Shown here one piece after another: positions 44,765 to 52,910 of a stretch of 64,000 bases of DNA. Made by a program: the position numbers and the translations under genes. Position 1 is the first letter of the stretch. Each line of letters opens with the position of its first letter. The notes beneath the pieces were generated by a model, which was given only the letters and a program-made list of their open reading frames with translations, was not told where the DNA came from and did not search any database. The stretch is taken from assembly GCA_031732855.1 (NCBI GenBank), contig JAVMKJ010000110.1, positions 21,006-85,005 of the forward strand, given 5' to 3'. The DNA comes from Candidatus Competibacter sp. (lineage in GTDB: Bacteria; Pseudomonadota; Gammaproteobacteria; Competibacterales; Competibacteraceae).

Positions 44765-46126
44765 CTATCTCCCGAGCCACACCGCGCATCCGCCAGCACC
44801 GGCGGCCATGCTCGCGCCTTGTCGTCGATAGCGCCTGGCGATTTCCTGGTGGTTCGAACTGCCTACAAACAACCCCGCCGGCGTGGAGAGTAAGGTTTGG
44901 ACACCGATTTGGAAAGGGTCGCCAAACCCGGTGGCAGCCACCGCCTGCCACTGATCGCCGTCCTCGCTGGCCCACAATTGAAAACCACCCTGAAGCGGCT
45001 GGCCCGTCAGGGCGCACTCGAAAGATGCCCAGTGATGGGTGCCAACGTACAGACAACCATCATGGGCCACCATGCTCCACAGTACGGAATTATAGAAATC
45101 GTCGAAGCCCGGTCCCCGGACCGCAAAGGGCACTTTCAAACCGGTTGAAGAAAAGCGGGGTTCGCCCACCACCAATTCCCAGCGGTCATCGGCGTAAACG
45201 CGCAACAGTTCGGCGGCGGCGGGACCGATGTCATTGGCTGAATCGTAACCCAGTCCCGGCAGTCCCGTCGTCACATACAAAGCGCCATGGAAAACCGTCA
45301 GGGCCGGCACCAAGGCGTTGAGATTGTAGCGCCCGGCGCCGTCCCGGAGCACCAGATGCCAACGATAGGGCGGCTTGCCCCGGGTGCTGGTCTTCCAGAG
45401 TTGGAAGCCGCGTTCAGGATTGCCGGTTGCTGCGTATAAATGGTTGGCGAAACTTGCCAAGGCGGTAATGGCGCGGTTGGATGGATCACCAAACCCCGGT
45501 TCCATGGCCGGTTGCCAAACGCCGTTCACCGGATCGTCAGTCACATAAACCATGGGATCGCCACTGAAATTATGATCGAACTGTTGCTCATTCACCGCGC
45601 CGGTCGGAACGATGAACAGTTTGCGACCATGGCCAAGCAGGGTGCGGAAGGATAGCAATCGTCCGCGATCCAAATCTATTAGTGGCACCGCCTCAAAGCA
45701 CTCACCGTCTAGGGAACGCAGTAAATCCGCGCCCCAATGACAGATTGTGCCGACATAAAGCGCGGGCGTGGGATCGGAACGGCCTTGGAACACCGTCATC
45801 GCGCGAAAGCCGCGATAGCGCGGCACGGCGCTGGTGCTGTGCTGGGCGGGGGCACGACGCCGCAGCACGTCACGGGCGAAGGCGCGGCTGTCGGGCTCGG
45901 TCAGCGGCGAGACAAAAACCGTATTCCAAACCGCTCGAAGCGGGTCGTAGCGCAGAATACGAGCCCGATCCTCGGGACTGGCGCCACGAGGATGAGTCAC
46001 CCCAACGTACAAGGCGTCCTGGAAATAGGCCATGGACTGCGCCACCCGGCTGCGTGGATTGCCCAGACCTCCCCTGCCAATTAACTGGAATCGCTGGGCG
46101 TTCAACATCGCGGCTTCATCCGTCAT
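44765..46126 (-). CDS. Beta-propeller repeat protein, paralogue 3 (453 aa)
   Basis: Blades: LYVGVTHP, LYVGTICH, LFIVPTGA, GFGDPSN..LYAATGNPERGFQLWKTS, LYVTTGLPG, CLYVGTHH, GGFQLWASEDGDQWQ..GFGDPFQ..LFVGSSNH. The ATG overlaps the stop of sulfotransferase-like 3 (ATGA). Confidence 0.6.
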   Translation of the reverse strand: MTDEAAMLNAQRFQLIGRGGLGNPRSRVAQSMAYFQDALYVGVTHPRGASPEDRARILRYDPLRAVWNTVFVSPLTEPDSRAFARDVLRRRAPAQHSTSAVPRYRGFRAMTVFQGRSDPTPALYVGTICHWGADLLRSLDGECFEAVPLIDLDRGRLLSFRTLLGHGRKLFIVPTGAVNEQQFDHNFSGDPMVYVTDDPVNGVWQPAMEPGFGDPSNRAITALASFANHLYAATGNPERGFQLWKTSTRGKPPYRWHLVLRDGAGRYNLNALVPALTVFHGALYVTTGLPGLGYDSANDIGPAAAELLRVYADDRWELVVGEPRFSSTGLKVPFAVRGPGFDDFYNSVLWSMVAHDGCLYVGTHHWASFECALTGQPLQGGFQLWASEDGDQWQAVAATGFGDPFQIGVQTLLSTPAGLFVGSSNHQEIARRYRRQGASMAAGAGGCAVWLGR

Positions 46127-47007
46127 TGGTAACCGAACTCCCGGGCCAGCTTCAGGGTCGGACGGGAAAAATAACTACCGGGACGCCAATCCAGTTCTTC
46201 CTCCAAACGGGGTTGCTCCTGGGCGCGGGACGGACGCAGGCGCGGATCCTTGAGAAAATTGGGATCGTTACCCATCTGAGCATTGGCCGGCCCCAGACAG
46301 GCATAGGGCGAGGTCTCCGGATGCTTCATCGCCTCGATCGCCGCTTGATCGGTCCGCACCCCCAGCCATTCCGCGATCTGCGGCAGATAAATATCAAGCG
46401 CCGATAACAGATCCTCACCCTTGATCCGCATGCACTGACCGAAAGGCAGAGTGCGGGTGAATGCCACGATGTTATGGTGGGCGACATACCAAAGCCGCTC
46501 GGGGTCGACCCGGTCGGGATCGGCTGGACCGTTCCATTCGTGATTGTGCCGCACCAGTTCCAGAATGGATTTGCCGGTCGCGCGGGGATGACGGGACAGA
46601 TGCAGATAACTGGCACTGGGGCAAATGCCGTGCATGGTCCGCAGGACACGCGGACTCATCACCGTCGCCGGACTTTTGTCGATTAGAATCCGGGGCGCGA
46701 CTCGATCGGCCAGGTAGGTGAACACCCGCCCCGTGGCCCATTCCAGACGCGCGTCGAGCCAGTGCTGTGCGCGGCGCACTGTAGCCTCGGTCTGCTCGCC
46801 GTCGTGCAACTGCGCCAAGGCGCGCAACAAGCCATGCACCGCAAAGGGGCGAGTACGCTGGTGCCGCTGCAGCAGGGCGCCCAGGTTATCTTCCAGGAAC
46901 AGATTCAGCTCCGGCATTCCGTACATATCCGGGTGTTGGCCCAACATGCCGCAAACCACCGAGGAAAAGGAACGAAGTGGACAGAGAATAATGAGAGGAT
47001 CAGGCAT
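46123..47007 (-). CDS. Sulfotransferase-like protein, paralogue 3
   Basis: 294 aa. 5'-PSB-like CPLRSFSS and 3'-PB-like LHLSRHPRATGKS. It shares conserved blocks with the two paralogues. Confidence 0.6.
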   Translation of the reverse strand: MPDPLIILCPLRSFSSVVCGMLGQHPDMYGMPELNLFLEDNLGALLQRHQRTRPFAVHGLLRALAQLHDGEQTEATVRRAQHWLDARLEWATGRVFTYLADRVAPRILIDKSPATVMSPRVLRTMHGICPSASYLHLSRHPRATGKSILELVRHNHEWNGPADPDRVDPERLWYVAHHNIVAFTRTLPFGQCMRIKGEDLLSALDIYLPQIAEWLGVRTDQAAIEAMKHPETSPYACLGPANAQMGNDPNFLKDPRLRPSRAQEQPRLEEELDWRPGSYFSRPTLKLAREFGYQ

Positions 47008-47899
47008 CGTGCATTCCGCATGGCGGCTGCGCCAGATTGGTCAGGAAATCTCGCCAGACCCGAATCAACAGTTCCGGCTGGGACACGGGAAAAAAATGGC
47101 CGGCCTTGGGCACCAGTTCGACTCGGGTCTGCGGCCACAGGGCCCGCAGACCATACGCGCTGGGCAACGCCTGGGAATACTCGCCGTACATCGCCAGGGT
47201 CGGCAGGCGCAGGGTCTGCAGTGCGACCAGCGACAGACCGTCCTCGGCCAGTTCCCGCCGGGCGGTGGTCACTTCCAGCAGGCGTAACCAGTGACGCGCC
47301 GCCCGCTGGCCGACCGGCCCGGTGAACGGCAAATGCAGGTCGGGCAACCGCTGCACCCGCTCGGGAGCACCCAGAGAAAGCTTGGCCATCTCTTCCAGCA
47401 AACGGTGGCTGAACAGGGGATCGCTCTCATCCAGTTGGATACCGAGTCTTTCCAAAAACGGCTGGATTCGCCGTGTATAGGCTGGGTTGCGAGGCAGGAG
47501 CCCCTGCAGCGTGGGAATTCGAGTATCCAACAGGGTCAAACTGCGCACCCACTGGGGCTGGCGCAGGGCAAAATGCAACGCCACCAAGCCGCCGAAACTA
47601 TGCCCGATCAGATGCAGGGTGGTGACACCCGTCTGATGCAGGAGATGCCACAAATCTTCGGCCATGATCCGGGGTGAGTATCCGTTGACGCTCATGGTGC
47701 TGCGCCCGTGGCCGCGCAAGTCGAACAGCAGAGTACGATGGCTTGCAGCGAAGGCTGGTGCCAGACGGGCGTACCAGAACGCCAGATTGGCAGCCAGACC
47801 GTGCACCATCACCACATCATCTCCGGGCGCGCCCGGGTCCGGACGTCGATCCATCCGCAGATAATGGAGGTTGATCCCTGGCAAACGAACGACCGGCAC
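47000..47899 (-). CDS. Alpha/beta-fold hydrolase
   Basis: GTG start. VVMVHGLAANLAFWY (oxyanion HG), nucleophile elbow LIGHSFGG, and the C-terminal His region GHFFP. Confidence 0.7.
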   Translation of the reverse strand: MPVVRLPGINLHYLRMDRRPDPGAPGDDVVMVHGLAANLAFWYARLAPAFAASHRTLLFDLRGHGRSTMSVNGYSPRIMAEDLWHLLHQTGVTTLHLIGHSFGGLVALHFALRQPQWVRSLTLLDTRIPTLQGLLPRNPAYTRRIQPFLERLGIQLDESDPLFSHRLLEEMAKLSLGAPERVQRLPDLHLPFTGPVGQRAARHWLRLLEVTTARRELAEDGLSLVALQTLRLPTLAMYGEYSQALPSAYGLRALWPQTRVELVPKAGHFFPVSQPELLIRVWRDFLTNLAQPPCGMHDA

Positions 47900-47901
47900 G
47901 A

Positions 47902-49503
47902 CTATTCCATATAGCCCAACATATGCAACTGCTCGAGAATCCTGGCTTTTTCAGCCGCGCTGGCTTCAGTGGTCTTGCTGGTCCCACCCGCGACCGGCAG
48001 GGTTGGATCACCCAAGCGAACCGGATGGGAAATCCGTTGTTCGGCGGTGAAGAAAGCCTCTGGTACCCTCCCTTCCAAGTCTCCGGGAATATCCAGGCCC
48101 AAGCTGTATAGCAGGGTGGCCGCCACGTCCACGATGTCGCGGGGCTCGCCATGCTGGCCGGCGACGATACCCGGACCGGCAGCCAGGAAAATGCCCTCGG
48201 GATGATGGGTACCGACTGGATAGGGACGCGGCAACACCACTGGTTCCAGATTTTTTATCGAGACAAAACCGTGATCGCGCAAGGTCAACAACAGATCGGG
48301 AGCCTGACTCATGGATGGCCCAGGAAACACGTCCTCGCGGGTGCGGATGGCGCGGATGATGCGCTCGCCGCTTGCAGGATCGCGCAAGGCTTCCAGATCG
48401 ACCATCAGTTTGGCGCGGAAGGCCGGGTACTCGGCGGCGGCGATGCCGGCTTCACCAGGATGGCGGGCGACGCGGATCGTAATGCCGTTGCTGGAAGGCG
48501 TATGGCAATAGGCCACGGTATTCTTCCAGTCGAGATGGGTGAAAAAGGCGCTGGCCTCGCGCCGGGCAAATTCCGCGCTGCCGTCGGCCAGCTTCCAGAA
48601 CAAATAGCCTTTTTCATGCAGATAGCGGTTGATCCGCACCACCTCGTTACTGTGGGTGAAACCATGATCGGAGGCCACGAACACTTGCGCCGCGGGACCG
48701 GCCAGCGCCACCAGTCGCTCCAGATACTGGTCCAACTGGCGGAAATAGCGCAGACATAGCGCCCGCATCCGCCGTTCCCAGGGCGAGGGGTCGCTGTTAA
48801 GCAAGGCCGGCTCCAGGAAGCGCCAAGCCTGATGCTGGATCTTGTCGGTGCCATCGAACATCACTGCCATCAAGTCCGGCCGTTCGCTGGCCAGCAGGTG
48901 GCTGGCCACCCGAAACCACTGCTCCTCGCGGGGCAGATGATATCCGACCCAGGCTTCGCACTCCGCTTCGGAAAGATCGTCCAGCGACTGATTTTCCCGC
49001 TCGAAATCCCAGGCCAGCTCCTTGGGGTTGAAGCCATCCAGGGCACGCAAACGTTCGTAAAGCGACTCGGGATAGCTGTTGCGGCGCAGGTGCTTCCAGG
49101 GAACGAAACCGGGCAACAGAAACCCGTTGACCGGCCGGGGCGGCGCGGTAATCGGGAAGTTGAGCGCCGCCACGCGCCGCTGTTGGCGGCTGGCAATGGC
49201 CCAGATCGTCTCCACCCGGATATCACGGGCATCGTAGAGAGTCGTAAAACCCTCGCCATTCTGTTCGGCCACCCGCAGAAAGTCGAAAACTCCATGCTGG
49301 CCCGGCCAGCGCCCGGTCATCAGCGAGACCCAAGCGGGCGGAGTGAGGGGGTTGGGCGTGGAGCGCAGCACCGCCCGTGTCCCGCTCGCCATGAAAGACC
49401 TGAGAAACGGCATTACGATCTCGCCGTCGGGGTCGGGTTGGATCATTGCATCCAGCAGGGTGAAGGTGGCACCATCCAGACCGATGAACAGGGTCCGGGT
49501 CAT
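47902..49503 (-). CDS. Alkaline-phosphatase-superfamily enzyme (type I phosphodiesterase / nucleotide pyrophosphatase, COG3379-like)
   Basis: MTRTLFIGLDGATF (metal-binding DG), NPLTPPAWVSLMTG (nucleophile Thr context) and ASDHGF. 533 aa. The ATG overlaps the carrier-protein stop (ATGA at 49500-49503). Confidence 0.65.
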   Translation of the reverse strand: MTRTLFIGLDGATFTLLDAMIQPDPDGEIVMPFLRSFMASGTRAVLRSTPNPLTPPAWVSLMTGRWPGQHGVFDFLRVAEQNGEGFTTLYDARDIRVETIWAIASRQQRRVAALNFPITAPPRPVNGFLLPGFVPWKHLRRNSYPESLYERLRALDGFNPKELAWDFERENQSLDDLSEAECEAWVGYHLPREEQWFRVASHLLASERPDLMAVMFDGTDKIQHQAWRFLEPALLNSDPSPWERRMRALCLRYFRQLDQYLERLVALAGPAAQVFVASDHGFTHSNEVVRINRYLHEKGYLFWKLADGSAEFARREASAFFTHLDWKNTVAYCHTPSSNGITIRVARHPGEAGIAAAEYPAFRAKLMVDLEALRDPASGERIIRAIRTREDVFPGPSMSQAPDLLLTLRDHGFVSIKNLEPVVLPRPYPVGTHHPEGIFLAAGPGIVAGQHGEPRDIVDVAATLLYSLGLDIPGDLEGRVPEAFFTAEQRISHPVRLGDPTLPVAGGTSKTTEASAAEKARILEQLHMLGYME

Positions 49504-49787
49504 ACGCCGTCACCTCGCTGCAATTTTCGCTCGACAAAGACGACCAGTTCGCCGATGGTGAGATCGCTGACATACTGATCGCCTTGCATCAGCAATCCCT
49601 CGAAACCCAGGCGGCCCCGCCCAAAGTGCTCCTCGATCGACACGAGGAGATGGACGATATCGATGGAACTGAAACCCAGATCAGTGACCAACCGGGTTTC
49701 CAGGGTAATCGCCTCATCCAATGTGATCTCCCAGTCCCGAATCGAATCTTCAATCAGCGTAATGATGCTGAATGCAACTCTAAGCAT
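49500..49787 (-). CDS. Phosphopantetheine-type carrier protein (ACP/PCP-like, 95 aa)
   Basis: From the ATG at 49787: MLRVAFSIITLIEDSIRDWEI..LVTDLGFSSIDIVHLLVSIEEHFG. This has the four-helix carrier-protein layout, with the Ser in a (D/G)(F/L)(D/S)S(I/L)D context. The listed ORF could extend to the ATG at 49943, adding a Cys/Arg-rich 52-aa extension that I consider less likely. Confidence 0.55.
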   Translation of the reverse strand: MLRVAFSIITLIEDSIRDWEITLDEAITLETRLVTDLGFSSIDIVHLLVSIEEHFGRGRLGFEGLLMQGDQYVSDLTIGELVVFVERKLQRGDGV

Positions 49788-50188
49788 GGTTATTTCCGAC
49801 AACTTGAGGTCTGGACAGGATTTTCTTCTCGCGGGAAAGGCAAGAACCGATGGCGGGGCTCCTTCCAATCGCACTGGATGGCAGTGCACCGTCAGCCTCT
49901 GGCACCTCTCCGTTCCAGCACAGCACGCAAGGTCTCGACGCATTCAAATCTGGACGGTCGAACAGCCGGAAATCTCGCCTCCGTCGCAGATCGCCCAAGA
50001 AAACCTAGCATGGCAGTGCCATTTTGCGAGGTTGCCATGAAAGTACCGGACTTTCATCGTTGGGGGTGTCGATTCCATCGACATGATTGTTAGGCACTCG
50101 CTGGAACTCCGAATCGGTCCTTCACTGTCAATCAGGACTGGCTAGTAACGGGCACGCACGGAGAAACGCTCTTTACACCTATTTCAGC

Positions 50189-50794
50189 CTAGCGCTTTTG
50201 CAGCTTGCCTATTAGTTCCAGTTCCTTGAGTCCCTTGTCCAGGGTTTCTTCCAGCCAGTCGATACGCTTTTCCAACTGGGCACGATAACGACTCAGCATT
50301 TCCGGCGAGAACGTGCTGAAGGGCGTGGAAGATTCACTCGTCATGGCGATGTCGTCGTCGAGAAGGGGGGGCGCGGCCTCGGGCACGGTTTGAGATATCG
50401 GCGGAGAAGGACGGGCCGGCGTTTCCGTTCCTCTATCCAAGGCTGCCCGGAAACGACCGCCGCGTCCCATGCCACCCCCGAAGCCACCCGCCACTCTACC
50501 CTGTTGCCGGCGCTGCGCCAGCATTTCCCTCAACCGGGGGAAGCGTTCCAATACTGCCTGGGGGTCACCGCCACCTTCTCCCATCGGCGGATTCCGGAAC
50601 AGGCCCCGTCCTCCGCCCAACCCACGCCCGTCCAAAGCATTCTCCTCCAGGACCTGCGCCGGCTCCGCAGATTCCAGATCTGGCTTTCTCAGGATCTCTG
50701 GCGATTCCGGCAATGGCGCCTGATCGAGCCGTTGATGCTTTTCCTTTAACGCCTGCAATCGCGCGCGCCGCGCCTGAGCATCGTCTTGAGCCAT
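50189..50794 (-). CDS. Low-complexity Arg/Gly-rich protein with C-terminal coiled-coil helix (201 aa)
   Basis: The ATG at 50794 has a GAGG Shine-Dalgarno 6 nt upstream. The listed GTG at 50845 is the alternative. Sequence: MAQDDAQARRARLQALKEK.., RGG/GGF-rich centre (GRVAGGFGGGMGRGGRFRAAL), and a C-terminal SRYRAQLEKRIDWLEETLDKGLKELELIGKLQKR. Confidence 0.45.
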   Translation of the reverse strand: MAQDDAQARRARLQALKEKHQRLDQAPLPESPEILRKPDLESAEPAQVLEENALDGRGLGGGRGLFRNPPMGEGGGDPQAVLERFPRLREMLAQRRQQGRVAGGFGGGMGRGGRFRAALDRGTETPARPSPPISQTVPEAAPPLLDDDIAMTSESSTPFSTFSPEMLSRYRAQLEKRIDWLEETLDKGLKELELIGKLQKR

Positions 50795-50878
50795 GCTTGC
50801 CTCACTCGGTGAAAAGTGTGAAAAATCGTCGGGTAAACAATACACCCCAGTTATGTTTGACGCGAAGCCACGCGGAAA

Positions 50879-51697
50879 TCAACGTGGCACCCGCCCCTCG
50901 ATGAAGGGCACTTCGAAAACTTTCTCGTGCATGATCGGCCCGTGGCCGAAATATCCGTCCTCACCGAACAGTTCGCCATGATCGGAGGTGATGATGACAT
51001 GGGTATTGTCGGGACAACGGGCGAACAGACGATCCATCAGGGAGTCCAAGTATTCCACGCAACGGATCTGCTGCTGGTGCAGGGATTGCATCTGCCGGGA
51101 ATCGAAGAACTCGTCATCCCCGGCTGGATCGCGGCCATCGGCCAGCGCCTTGAAGACGCCATGCACCCCGGAAATATGCGGCAGGCTTTCCTTGGGCAGC
51201 ATGTAGGGATAATGGGTTTCACCCAGATTGAGAAAGTAGAAGTACGGCTGCCCGTCCTCGAATTCGATGCCCTCGATCATGCCGGCAAAATCGCTGTGGT
51301 TCTCCATCAACCGGTAGTCATCGAAGTGGCGGCTAAGCAGGGTAAACGGATTGAGTACCGGTAGGGAGACCCGGGCCACGCAATAATAACCCAAACCTTG
51401 CAGCACCTTCGGTAACGAAAGCTCGGGTATAAAGGACTGAAAGGACAGGTTAGGGATGCCCAACCGATCAACCCATTGGCTGAATTCCTTTTTATAGACC
51501 TCGGAGGCGAACACCCCGTGCGGGCTGGCATGCGGCATCATCCCCATGAGAAAGGCATAATGAGCCGGCGCTGTCCAGGAAGCATAACTCCAACGGCGTT
51601 CCAGCGTACCGACCCGCGCCATGTTCGGGGCGTTGGCTCGGGCAAAGCTGTCGTAGCGACAACTGTCGAAGATTAAGAAAACCAGATGATTGGCCAT
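50879..51697 (-). CDS. Small alkaline-phosphatase-superfamily (sulfatase-like fold) metalloenzyme, no CxPxR sulfatase motif
   Basis: From the ATG at 51697: MANHLVFLIFDSCRYDSF (metal Asp plus a Ser/Cys nucleophile candidate) .. NLGETHYPY .. VIITSDHGELFGEDGYFGHG. The listed ORF start at 51859 would overlap the TPR gene by 143 nt. Confidence 0.55.
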   Translation of the reverse strand: MANHLVFLIFDSCRYDSFARANAPNMARVGTLERRWSYASWTAPAHYAFLMGMMPHASPHGVFASEVYKKEFSQWVDRLGIPNLSFQSFIPELSLPKVLQGLGYYCVARVSLPVLNPFTLLSRHFDDYRLMENHSDFAGMIEGIEFEDGQPYFYFLNLGETHYPYMLPKESLPHISGVHGVFKALADGRDPAGDDEFFDSRQMQSLHQQQIRCVEYLDSLMDRLFARCPDNTHVIITSDHGELFGEDGYFGHGPIMHEKVFEVPFIEGRVPR

Positions 51698-51716
51698 GCG
51701 GGGCTGGGAGTTAAAT

Positions 51717-52910
51717 TCACACCGCAGTTTGGGCGCGGCGCAAATTTTGGCGGCGAGCGGAACGGCTTGGAGCATCTTTTCGCGGGCGTCGCCGTTTGCC
51801 GAAGGGGATACGAATCCTCGTGAAGACCTGATGCAGGCGGGCAGCCCTGACGCTGTCATCGCCTGGGATATCCTGCTTCAATTCCGGGTGCTGCTCGGCC
51901 AGCTCCGGAGCATGCAACAACACTGCCTGATACTCCTTTATCGCTTCCTCGGGATAATCCAAGGCGACATAGATATTGCCCAGCAGGGCGTGAACCGCGG
52001 CGGCGCCACTCTTGCCACGCAGGAGGTCGCGCAGGAGATCCAAGGCATCGTCGTAGCGCTCCTCCCGAACATACAGTTTGGCCAAATTGTACTTGGCGCC
52101 GCTCGACCGTGGCTTGAGGCGTAACACTTCCCGGAAACAGCGTTCCGCCAGTGGATAATCGCCACTCTGGACGGCGCAATACCCCAGGAAGAAATGGGCC
52201 GATGCCTGATCTGGGCGCTGATCGAGAACCTGACAAAAAGCGGCGATCGCTCCCTGATGATTTTTCTCGCGGAGATACAACCGGCCTAACTGGAAAGCGC
52301 CTTGCCAGTATTTGGGATCCTTGCGCAACGCGGCGCGCAACTCGGCGCTGGCCGCCTTGAGGTCTCCTTGCTGGCGGTGGATGGTCGCCAGCAGACTGTG
52401 CGCGGACAGCATCTGCGGGTTGGCGCGCAGACAGGCCTCTGCATGTTGTCGGGCTTCGGTGAATTCCTGCTGCCGGGCCAGCAGACGGCCCAGTTGCAAT
52501 TGCACGCCGGACAGATTGGGCTTTTGGACCAATGCCTCGCGGAAATTGGCGATCGCCTGTTCCGGCTTGTCTAGAGCGGCATAAGCATTGCCGGTCATCG
52601 CCAGGGCGGCTGCGAACTGGCGTTGGCCACGCAGCGCTTGCTGGAAATGCTCGATAGCGGTTTGATATGCGTCTTGTTTATAGCATACGACCCCGATAAG
52701 GAAATGGGCCATGGCCAGTTTTGAATCAAGGCGCAACGCCTGTTGCAAAGCTTCCCGAGCCTCGTCATAGCGCTGCTCGCGGAAATGCCGCACACCTGCC
52801 CGCACATAAGCCAAGGCTTCCTGACTGGCTGGGCCACTACCGACCCGCTCCAAGCGCGGTTCCCATTCGCCATCTTCCAGCACGCCATCGCTAATTTCGT
52901 TCTCGATCAT
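51717..52910 (-). CDS. Tetratricopeptide-repeat protein, first gene of the accessory operon
   Basis: About 9 tandem 34-aa TPR units (e.g. YDEAREALQQALRLDSKLAMAHFLIGVVCYKQDAYQTAIEHFQQAL) and a basic C-terminal tail. The ATG at 52910 has an AAGGAA Shine-Dalgarno 8 nt upstream. The listed start at 52955 is a TTG. Confidence 0.7.
   Translation of the reverse strand: MIENEISDGVLEDGEWEPRLERVGSGPASQEALAYVRAGVRHFREQRYDEAREALQQALRLDSKLAMAHFLIGVVCYKQDAYQTAIEHFQQALRGQRQFAAALAMTGNAYAALDKPEQAIANFREALVQKPNLSGVQLQLGRLLARQQEFTEARQHAEACLRANPQMLSAHSLLATIHRQQGDLKAASAELRAALRKDPKYWQGAFQLGRLYLREKNHQGAIAAFCQVLDQRPDQASAHFFLGYCAVQSGDYPLAERCFREVLRLKPRSSGAKYNLAKLYVREERYDDALDLLRDLLRGKSGAAAVHALLGNIYVALDYPEEAIKEYQAVLLHAPELAEQHPELKQDIPGDDSVRAARLHQVFTRIRIPFGKRRRPRKDAPSRSARRQNLRRAQTAV

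Noticed and set aside
50879-51697. Calling this ORF a sulfatase
   Set aside because: It has an AlkP-superfamily layout (DS.. metal site, SDHGE), but no C/S-x-P-x-R formylglycine motif is present. Only the superfamily is claimed.
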